DNA of 61,443 nucleotides from contig JAJXYT010000014.1 of assembly GCA_021780375.1 (NCBI GenBank), positions 1-61,443 on the forward strand, in the 5' to 3' direction. Under the pieces are notes generated by a model. It searched no databases. It saw only the letters and a list, made by a program, of their open reading frames with translations, and had not been told where the DNA came from. Below are positions 1-7,347 of the stretch, piece by piece. A program made the position numbers and the translations under genes. How positions within the stretch are numbered: the first letter of the stretch is position 1; every line of letters begins with the position of its first letter. The DNA is from a bacterium. GTDB taxonomy: Bacteria > Verrucomicrobiota > Verrucomicrobiia > Limisphaerales > UBA11358.

Positions 1-157
1 GCGCGCTGACGCCGAAGAATAACCAGGGCAAATTGGCATAATTCTCCCCGCCGCCGAGCAACCAGCCGACGAGGCAATTCGACCAGACCGTCGGCAGGTT
101 CGACACGCGCCCCAAAATCACCAGCGTACGGAGTTGGCGTAAGAAATCCCGGTTCAT
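1..157 (-). CDS. eboC: UbiA-family prenyltransferase, EboC-like (5' part only; runs off the window edge)
   Basis: Not in the ORF track. Manual translation from ATG at 157 gives MNRDFLRQLRTLVILGRVSNLPTVWSNCLVGWLLGGG, with the R-x-S-N-L-P-T-V-W-S-N start typical of EboC-like UbiA proteins; same strand as nearby eboE. Confidence 0.75.
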   Translation of the reverse strand, partial: MNRDFLRQLRTLVILGRVSNLPTVWSNCLVGWLLGGGENYANLPWLFFGVSA

Positions 158-217
158 TACACGGAGCAAACCAGAAAACTCACCGATTGGCCAGTCCGCG
201 TTCTTCCCAAACGGACC

Positions 218-379
218 GAGAGAAGTTTGGCGAACGGCGCACGGGATCCGGGGAAAGTGAAGATAGCGTTGCGGTTGAGGCGGGAAAGCATCAGGACGTT
301 GAAATGGATCGCGCGGCGGTTACAGATGGGCAGTGGGACGAATGTGCGGCAAATTGTCTGGCGAGAGAGAAAAAAATAA
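218..379 (+). pseudogene. C-terminal remnant of a Y1/IS200-like (RAYT-type) transposase
   Basis: Frame starting at 242 reads RDPGKVKIALRLRRESIRTLKWIARRLQMGSGTNVRQIVWRERKK*, resembling from recall the HTH-like tail of verrucomicrobial Y1 transposases; no start codon, apparent frameshift near 241. Confidence 0.55.
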
Positions 380-388
380 ATCGAAAAG

Positions 389-414
389 TGTCAATAGTGT
401 GGACTGACCCGTTT
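389..414 (+). mobile_element. Putative element-end motif (CAATAGTGTGGACTGACCCGTT) just downstream of the transposase remnant
   Basis: A related copy CAATACTGGGAACCGACCCGTT lies at 6208-6229 next to another transposase remnant. Confidence 0.45.
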
Positions 415-421
415 CTAGACC

Positions 422-472
422 AAAGAAAACACCCTCGCGAGAAGAGCCCGATTGGGTGTTCTCGCGAAGGTG
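422..472 (-). terminator. Rho-independent terminator of the metalloprotease gene
   Basis: Stem TCGCGAGAA...TTCTCGCGA followed on the minus strand by TTTTCTTT, about 12 nt after the stop codon. Confidence 0.6.
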
Positions 473-483
473 TGATACCGCGT

Positions 484-1479
484 TTATCGTTTTAATCTGT
501 AGAACATGGAGTATGTCGGCGCGTACGGGATGATGGCGCTGTAGTTTCCTCCATTATCCATGATCGTGGCCGACGCCGCCTGCCAACTGTATAGATCGGA
601 GCTTTGCTGGACCTGATAGACACCGCCCAAAGGCTGTATCCATGACAAGGCCATGACAAGCTTTTTAGATGAGCTTGTCGGATCTATATCCCTTTGTGGC
701 ACGGGCCCGGTTATACCGAGAATCGGATTCAGCCCATAATTGATTTGACTAAAACCGGATATCTGGGCGTCAGTAGCTATATCCAGGTCGCTAGGAAATA
801 TCCGCTGACCTGGGTTGGGCGTGCCGGACGACATGAGTGGAACGGCATCCCACGATATCAACATGAATTTGATATGAGCCACGACACCATTCGGCCCTGA
901 TTGCAACGGCACTACGCTGCCGGCAAACTGCCCTGATGTAATCAGAATGTTCGTATTCTGGCTCTGGGCAACATAATTGCTATAGCCATACACAAGGCCA
1001 AGCAAATGTCCTAACTCGTGTAATGCGGTTGTCTCAGCGTCAAACTGCGTGTTGGTCGTCGGCCAGGTCATGTACCTAGCGTCGTTTATGAGCCCACCGC
1101 CAATGTTATCGGCATGCACATAATAGTTTGTCGCCTGCTCACACTCCAGTGGAGTCGAGTCGAGATACCAGGTGAACGATCCTGGTTTTGTCCCGAACAT
1201 TATGGTACCTTCGATGACTCTGTCAGGCGAACCTCCTTGGGCGTTCATGTATGAGTACGCCCCGCCGTTGGTATCCCAGCCGAAATGGACTAGCATCGTC
1301 CCTTGATCCCTGATCGCAAGCGCCCATGTTTGGGCGGCAGCGAACATGCAGTTCGATAGGCTACCTCCACCGATGCTGTTTGTCGGCGGAGTACCGCCAA
1401 TATAGTCAAGGATGAAATTAAACGCCCTCGAATGCGCCTGTCCGGCTATCAGCATGACAACGATCATAATATTTTTCAT
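484..1479 (-). CDS. Secreted metzincin (matrixin/M10-like) zinc metalloprotease with FYR-type C-terminal domain
   Basis: Signal peptide MKNIMIVVMLIAGQAHS, zinc motif HELGHLLGL, downstream Met-turn-like PLMS, tail LSW...YQVQQSSDL..W...MFYRLKR; visibly lower GC than the flanks. Confidence 0.8.
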   Translation of the reverse strand: MKNIMIVVMLIAGQAHSRAFNFILDYIGGTPPTNSIGGGSLSNCMFAAAQTWALAIRDQGTMLVHFGWDTNGGAYSYMNAQGGSPDRVIEGTIMFGTKPGSFTWYLDSTPLECEQATNYYVHADNIGGGLINDARYMTWPTTNTQFDAETTALHELGHLLGLVYGYSNYVAQSQNTNILITSGQFAGSVVPLQSGPNGVVAHIKFMLISWDAVPLMSSGTPNPGQRIFPSDLDIATDAQISGFSQINYGLNPILGITGPVPQRDIDPTSSSKKLVMALSWIQPLGGVYQVQQSSDLYSWQAASATIMDNGGNYSAIIPYAPTYSMFYRLKR

Positions 1480-1645
1480 TTTCAAATTTCCTTTCTAGTT
1501 TTATGCGGCCCACTTGATGCCGCCTTTCAATTGTTCCAGGTGCGAACCGGAGTGATAGGTGACAAACAAACCGGGGTAATGAGGCAACAGTGGCGGCGAT
1601 GGCACGCAAGCTCCTGAAGGGGGCGGTCCTGCATGTTGATGGATT

Positions 1646-2836
1646 TCATTTCGTCGCGGGAGCGAGTCCGCGTTCGGCCAGTTGCGGCAGCAGCCATTCG
1701 TATTCGGCGGCGAGTTGTTCGACGACGCTTAGCGATTTCAGTTCCGGCGGCAGCACCTCCCAGGTGTAGGTTTCCATTTCCAGATGCGGGCAAAGTTTGG
1801 GATTTTCCGCCAACAAATCCAACACCGCGAGCAAATGATCGCTGGTCGTTTCGAACGGCGGCGCGGTGGCAGCGTGCAACGGCACGTGGAAATGAATGCG
1901 CCATTCGGGCAAAGTTCCGTCCGGGGCCGAACGCCGGGCGTCCCGGTCGGCCAGCGCGTCGGGCAGGTCATAATAGATATTCCGGTTGCCCGCCGGCTCG
2001 CGCACGACCACCTGATGCAGGTAAACATCATTGGCAAATGCCTTGAGCGCCTGGCATGTTTCAACCGTGGGACGGACTTTGAGCGCGGAGCTCAGGTGGA
2101 TTTTGCTGATTTTGATGCCATGCTGACAAAGGCACGGCAGGGCATTTTGAGGTTCCTCGAAATTCACAGCGAAGTGGCAGGTGTCGTAGTTGACGCCGAG
2201 GTGTTCGGCCAGGCGGGGGTCGCGCGGATGTTCGGTCCGCAACCGGTCAAACAGTTGGATGGTCTCGCCGCTGCTTTCCAGCAGACACAGCGGCTCGGGT
2301 TCAAGGCCGAGATGCAATTTGCGGCCCGTTTCTTCGCTCAGATGCGCGATGTGCTCGATACAATGCCAGAGGTTGCTGCGGGCGGCTTTCAGCGCGTCGG
2401 GATGCAAACGAAAACTTTTGAAGGAAACGGGCAGGGTGCTGACGCTGCCTTCGACGCCCGCGGGCAGTAATTTTGACAGCAGGTCAAACAGCAGGTTGGT
2501 GTAAGCCAGCCGTTCGGGCGAAGTCCAGTCGGGCAGGTAAACCTGCTCCTTCACCCGCAGTTGGTGAAACTGGCCGAAGGGAAAGCCATTGATCGTGAAA
2601 ACGTAGCAATTCTTTTGCGCCAGCCAGCGTTCGAAGGCCAGCAGCGTGGCGGACTCGCTTAATTCGTGCGCGGCCCAGTTGCTCAGGCGCAGGCCGATGG
2701 CAAACGGTTTTTGAGGACAAACCCGCTCGCGCACCGCCAGGGTATGGGTTTGCAGCGACTCAAACGTCTCGCGCCAGGTCTCGCCGCGATGAATGTTGGT
2801 GCAATAAGCCAGGTGCAGACCGTGATTTAATCGCAT
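1646..2836 (-). CDS. eboE: Metabolite traffic protein EboE (xylose-isomerase-like TIM barrel)
   Basis: Motifs LAYCTNIHRGE, TINGFPFGQFH..VKEQVYLPDW, LEPEP, DTCHFAV, EWRIHFHVPL, LEMETYTW. Confidence 0.9.
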   Translation of the reverse strand: MRLNHGLHLAYCTNIHRGETWRETFESLQTHTLAVRERVCPQKPFAIGLRLSNWAAHELSESATLLAFERWLAQKNCYVFTINGFPFGQFHQLRVKEQVYLPDWTSPERLAYTNLLFDLLSKLLPAGVEGSVSTLPVSFKSFRLHPDALKAARSNLWHCIEHIAHLSEETGRKLHLGLEPEPLCLLESSGETIQLFDRLRTEHPRDPRLAEHLGVNYDTCHFAVNFEEPQNALPCLCQHGIKISKIHLSSALKVRPTVETCQALKAFANDVYLHQVVVREPAGNRNIYYDLPDALADRDARRSAPDGTLPEWRIHFHVPLHAATAPPFETTSDHLLAVLDLLAENPKLCPHLEMETYTWEVLPPELKSLSVVEQLAAEYEWLLPQLAERGLAPATK

Positions 2837-2976
2837 GGCCGATGGTTTTCTGATTGTCCGCGTTTACTGCTGTTCCGGCCCGGCTTCGGTGGCGCAACCC
2901 GTACTGCGGTTGTTCCGGGTCCCTGCTTAAAAGATGGTACGAAATCCCCGTCCGTTTGGCAAGACGTAAACCGCCG

Positions 2977-3005
2977 TTGACATCTTTGGCCCGAATGTAT
3001 AATTT
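2977..3005 (+). promoter_or_regulatory. Sigma70-like promoter candidate
   Basis: TTGACA (2977-2982) and TATAAT (2998-3003), 15-nt spacer, about 27 nt upstream of ATG 3031. Confidence 0.5.
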
Positions 3006-3030
3006 ATCACAAAATTGAAGTGACCCATCC

Positions 3031-3798
3031 ATGTTGATTCGCATTAGTTTAATTGTGGCGATTGCCGCGGGGCTGATCGCGGGCGCACTGAACATCGTCA
3101 AAGTTCGGGACAAAATCACCACGCTGATTTCCCAGCGGGACGATTTCCACACCCAAAGGGACCAGGTGCAAGCCCAGCTGGACACCACGAAAAAAGACCT
3201 GGCCAAGACGAAAGATGATTTAACCCAGACCCAGCAGGAATTGACGGACACCAAAACGCAGCGCGACAAGGCGGTGGCCGACGCCAAGACGCAAATCAAA
3301 CGCGCCGACGATCTGGCGGACAAACTGACCAGGACCACGCAGGAACGGGATGACGCGCAGGCCAGGCTGGCGGCCTATCAGGCAACGGGTCTGACCGCCG
3401 ACCAGGTGGGCAGTTTGAACAAGGCGTTCAATTCCACCAAGAACGAGCTGGAGGTGGTCAAGGAGGAAAACGGCGTTTTGCAGCGTACGGTCGACCGGTT
3501 AACCGCTAAGATTCAAGAATTGATCGGGACAAATTATGTCGTCACGTTGCGGGCCGATCTGAAAGGCAAAGTCGTCGCCGTGGATCCCAAGTGGGATTTT
3601 GTGGTGCTGAACATTGGCGGCGACCAGGGTGTAAAGGATGATGGGGAAATGCTCGTGAGCCGTGACGGCAAACTCGTGGCCAAGGTCATCGCTCGCAGTG
3701 TCCAAAAGGACCGCACTATCGCCAATGTGGTTCCGGGCTGGCAACTGGGGGACATTATTGAAGGCGATGAGGTCACCCCGGCGCATCCGGCTTCTTGA
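3031..3798 (+). CDS. Membrane-anchored long coiled-coil protein with C-terminal beta-barrel-like domain (function unknown)
   Basis: N-terminal hydrophobic helix, about 150 aa heptad-rich region, C-terminal GKVVAVDPKWDFVVLNIG..G module. Confidence 0.8.
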   Translation: MLIRISLIVAIAAGLIAGALNIVKVRDKITTLISQRDDFHTQRDQVQAQLDTTKKDLAKTKDDLTQTQQELTDTKTQRDKAVADAKTQIKRADDLADKLTRTTQERDDAQARLAAYQATGLTADQVGSLNKAFNSTKNELEVVKEENGVLQRTVDRLTAKIQELIGTNYVVTLRADLKGKVVAVDPKWDFVVLNIGGDQGVKDDGEMLVSRDGKLVAKVIARSVQKDRTIANVVPGWQLGDIIEGDEVTPAHPAS

Positions 3799-3814
3799 AA
3801 TGGATAGGCCGGCC

Positions 3815-3967
3815 ATGAAATGGCTTTTATTGTTCATGTTGGGTGCGCTTCTCCTCGGGATGACCGGTTGTGAAACCAACGAACCCGAGAATGCCTCGGT
3901 CCGCCCGTGGAATGCGCCGCAAAACTGGGAGAGCAGCTCGCCCATGCTCGACCAGCAGCACCAATAA
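3815..3967 (+). CDS. Small putative lipoprotein
   Basis: MKWLLLFMLGALLLGMTG-C lipobox-like signal, 50 aa, directly downstream of the coiled-coil gene. Confidence 0.65.
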   Translation: MKWLLLFMLGALLLGMTGCETNEPENASVRPWNAPQNWESSSPMLDQQHQ

Positions 3968-3981
3968 CATCAGCGCACAAA

Positions 3982-4560
3982 TCAGCCGGAGACTTTCACC
4001 AGCCGGGTGGGAGTCACGATAAAATCCATCCGGGCGTCATGGCTTCCCGCGGGTATTTCCTTTACCATTTGCGCATCAATCGCCACGCCGCATTTGATGC
4101 CGCGCACCTTCGCCAGCAGCCGGTCGTAAAACCCCCGGCCGCGTCCCAGCCGGTGTCCGTGCCAATCAAAAGCGACTGCTGGAACCAGAATCAAATCGAA
4201 CTGCTCCAGCGGAATTTCCGCGCAGGTCGCGGACGGCTCGCGCACACCGAATTTTCCGGCGGAAAGGTCCGTGGTTAAATTTTGGACCCGGCGCGCCGAA
4301 TAGACTCGGGTGGCGGAGTCGAACGCGGGCAGGGCGCAGATTTTTTTCGTCGGCAGCAATTTTTCCAGCAACGGCCAGACATCCGGTTCATCCGGCAACG
4401 GCGCGAAGAACAGAATCGTGCGGGCGCTTTGCAATTGGGGTTCCAGTCGGCCGCACAGCTCGATGGATGCCACCGCCCGCAGCGCCGGGGAAATTTTTTG
4501 CAGCGCGTCGCGAATTTGCTTTCGCAGCGCGGCTTTTTGTCCATTCAAATCCACAGTCAT
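3982..4560 (-). CDS. ygfA: 5-formyltetrahydrofolate cyclo-ligase
   Basis: DLILVPAVAFD..G.RLGRGRGFYDRLL signature; ATG overlaps the rarA stop (ATGA). Confidence 0.92.
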   Translation of the reverse strand: MTVDLNGQKAALRKQIRDALQKISPALRAVASIELCGRLEPQLQSARTILFFAPLPDEPDVWPLLEKLLPTKKICALPAFDSATRVYSARRVQNLTTDLSAGKFGVREPSATCAEIPLEQFDLILVPAVAFDWHGHRLGRGRGFYDRLLAKVRGIKCGVAIDAQMVKEIPAGSHDARMDFIVTPTRLVKVSG

Positions 4561-5930
4561 TTCTCTTTCTGCCTCCGCGCGGCGGCCAGTTCCGCCCGCC
4601 ATTTCTCGACCCGTTCCTTGATCTTCTTTTCCACGCCTTGTTCAGTCGGCTTATAATAAATCTTGTCGGTTCCGAGATAATCCTGCGCCACGAAATGACC
4701 CGGATGGTCGTGGGCGTATTCATAACCCTTGCCATGCCCGAGCCGTTCCGCCCCCTGGTAATGCGTATCGCGCAAATGCTCCGGGACCGGCAACGTGCGG
4801 CCTGACTTCACGTCCGCCAGCGCGGCGTCAATGGCCAGATACGTGCTGTTGCTCTTATTGGCGGTGGCGATATAGACCGTTGCCTCCGCCAGGGGAATGC
4901 GCGCCTCCGGCCAGCCGACAAATTCCGACGCCGACAGCGCCGCGTTGGCCAGCACCAGGGCCATGGGATCGGCCAGGCCCACATCCTCGGCAGCACAAAT
5001 CACGATCCTCCGGGCGATGAAACGCGGGTCTTCGCCGGCGTGAATCATCTTGGCCAGCCAGTACAGCGCGGCGTCCGGGTCGCTGCCACGCATGGATTTG
5101 ATGAACGCGGAAATCGTGTCGTAGTGCGCGTCCTCGTCGTCATACACGACGGCCTTTTTCTGAATGCTCTGCTCGGCGGCGGCGAGGTCAATCTGAACCC
5201 GGCCTTGTTTGTCCGGCGCCGTGGTGAGCGCGGCAATTTCCAGCGCGTTCAGCGCCTTGCGTGCGTCGCCGTCGGCAATCCTGGCCAGGTGGCGCAAGGC
5301 GTTTTCGCCGGCTTGAATTGTCAGGTAACCGAGGCCGCGTTCAGGGTCGGCCAGCGCCCGTTGCAGCAATGCAAATAATTCCGGTTCACTCAACGGACGC
5401 AGTTCAAAGATTTGCGAGCGCGAAACGAGCGGCGAATTGACAAAGAAAAACGGATTATGCGTGGTGGCGCCGATGAGCCGCACCACGCCGCTTTCGACAT
5501 CCGGCAGCAGCACGTCCTGTTGCGCCTTGTTGAAGCGGTGGATTTCGTCAATGAACAGGATGGTCGGCTGGCCGGTATTCTCGAGGCGGTTGGCGGCGGC
5601 GGCCAGGACCCGGCGCATGTCCGCCACATTGGATTCCACACCGCTCAACCGCTCGAACTTGCTTTTGGTCTGGCGCGCGATGATTTGCGCCAGCGACGTC
5701 TTGCCGGTGCCGGGCGGCCCGAAGAAAATCAGCGATTGGATGCGATCGGCCTCGATGGCGCGGCGCAGCAACTGGCCGGGAGCGAGAATGTGCGTCTGGC
5801 CGGCAAACTCATCGAGGTTGCGCGGGCGCATGCGCGCGGCGAGCGGCTGATTGCGAAAAGGAGTCGGCGCAACCGGCGCTTCCGGCTTTGGTTCCGTCGC
5901 CGGAGAGCTGAACAGGTCATCGCGTGCCAC
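4557..5930 (-). CDS. rarA: Replication-associated recombination protein A (MgsA/RarA AAA+ ATPase)
   Basis: PLAARMRP, GPPGTGKT, LFIDEIHRFNKAQQD, HYDTISAFIKSMRGSDPDAA; start placed at GTG 5930. Confidence 0.95.
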   Translation of the reverse strand: MARDDLFSSPATEPKPEAPVAPTPFRNQPLAARMRPRNLDEFAGQTHILAPGQLLRRAIEADRIQSLIFFGPPGTGKTSLAQIIARQTKSKFERLSGVESNVADMRRVLAAAANRLENTGQPTILFIDEIHRFNKAQQDVLLPDVESGVVRLIGATTHNPFFFVNSPLVSRSQIFELRPLSEPELFALLQRALADPERGLGYLTIQAGENALRHLARIADGDARKALNALEIAALTTAPDKQGRVQIDLAAAEQSIQKKAVVYDDEDAHYDTISAFIKSMRGSDPDAALYWLAKMIHAGEDPRFIARRIVICAAEDVGLADPMALVLANAALSASEFVGWPEARIPLAEATVYIATANKSNSTYLAIDAALADVKSGRTLPVPEHLRDTHYQGAERLGHGKGYEYAHDHPGHFVAQDYLGTDKIYYKPTEQGVEKKIKERVEKWRAELAAARRQKEK

Positions 5931-6007
5931 GACATCAGGATAACAGCGCCAGGGGAGGTTTCCCAAAATAAAAAATGGAATTATGCCTTTGTCACACGAG
6001 CTGATGT

Positions 6008-6170
6008 TTGAATCCTGATGTGCTCAAGGCCAGTGGACGTTACCTGCCGCAGAGCTTGCGGAGTCAGGCCATGGCATGCACTTTGGGCCAGTGGCCGACG
6101 CTGGAAGTTTATCTGGACGATGGCTGCGTGGGGTTGGACAACAATCCGGTCGAGAATGCCATTCGGCTCG
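6008..6170 (+). pseudogene. IS66-family transposase (TnpC) internal fragment
   Basis: LPQSLRSQAMACTLGQWPTLEVYLDDGCVGLDNNPVENAIR matches the IS66 LP.S..G.A..Y...QW..L...L.DG...IDNN..E.AIR pattern; remainder absent. Confidence 0.8.
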
Positions 6171-6949
6171 GCAACAGGCACGGGACCGCGGAGAGGGGAA
6201 AATACTACAATACTGGGAACCGACCCGTTCGCGGACGTTCGGCTGGTTTCGGGCGCAAACTCGGACAGAGCGCGGCTTTGTTCGCGGGGTTGACACGGGC
6301 GCGAAACGGGATTTGCGTGATAATGGTTATCCAAGACCACGGCACGCCGACTCTCGGGCAGGGTTAGTCAAGCCCGCCAACGAGCAGGCTACGCCACCCC
6401 ATTCCCCGAACCGGATGAATCAGCCGTTAGAGGGGCAGGGAGCCTGGCGACGGCACAGTTGGCAGCCGGGGTTCGAGCGGCAGCCGCCTTTGCCGAACAC
6501 TGTGTGCGGTCCGGTCTGGCGGAATTTCAGGAGGTGACTGACGTTGACGCCCGCCACTTCACCGGTTGGAACACGCCGACAGAGGCAATGCCGGGCCCGG
6601 TTTGCCGGCGCGAGCGGTGTGCGCAATAAAATTAAAAGTTGAGGCGGTTGGACGATGAAACAAAAACCCCGCCCTTGCCGTGGGTAACTGTTCCTTTGAA
6701 CATGTTTTGCTACATGTGGGACGGGCTGGACTGCTTTCGACTTCCAACGAAGGCGTGTCGGCCGCAGCCCCGGCTTGGGTCCCGGGATCGTATCATTACG
6801 GTTCAAGGATTAGTTGCCTAATCACGAACAGGGCAGGGTAAATTCAGGTTTCAATCAAAGAGCAATTCGTCTTTCTGACGCGTTCAATATCGCTTTGATC
6901 CGGAATTTTCTCAAGAAAAATTCGTGTAAATTTTTTGTTGCGAATTGCG

Positions 6950-7085
6950 CCTTGACGTAAAAGGTTTCCGGCAGCAGATCAATGAGCGTGCGGAGCAGTC
7001 GGCCTTCGTTGGCGATGGCTTCCGCCACCTGTCTGTGCCCGGTGATATCGGTGTTGATGCCGAAAATCTGCCAGCGGTTTTTCAT
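6950..7085 (-). pseudogene. PAS/PAC-domain fragment of a decayed sensor gene
   Basis: GINTDITGHRQVAEAIANEGRLLRTLIDLLPETFYVK is a PAC-to-PAS junction (DIT motif); no full gene around it. Confidence 0.6.
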
Positions 7086-7347
7086 CCAGCTTGTGGCGAT
7101 TCAACCATGCTTCACGCCTTTATTTGCCGTTAAACCTTTTTTGCGATTGTGAAATCAATTGTTGTTACTACACGTCCCAATCATGCATCTTCTTGCGTCG
7201 TGGCGGTCGGGTGATTCAAGCAGCAGGAAATTTGCCGTTTCAGGGCGCCAGACTGGTTCTTGTCCCCGGTATCCAGGCAGAATCCGGAAAAACTTCCAAC
7301 TCGCTTTGCTGCGGTCATTGGCATAATTTGCCATCTGATTATTTGCA

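Noticed and set aside
4560-4760. 6S RNA upstream of the 5-formyl-THF cyclo-ligase gene
   Set aside because: The upstream region is rarA coding sequence overlapping the start codon, leaving no room for it.
6290-6324. TTGACA...GATAAT promoter candidate
   Set aside because: The 23-nt spacer is too long for sigma70, and no credible gene follows.
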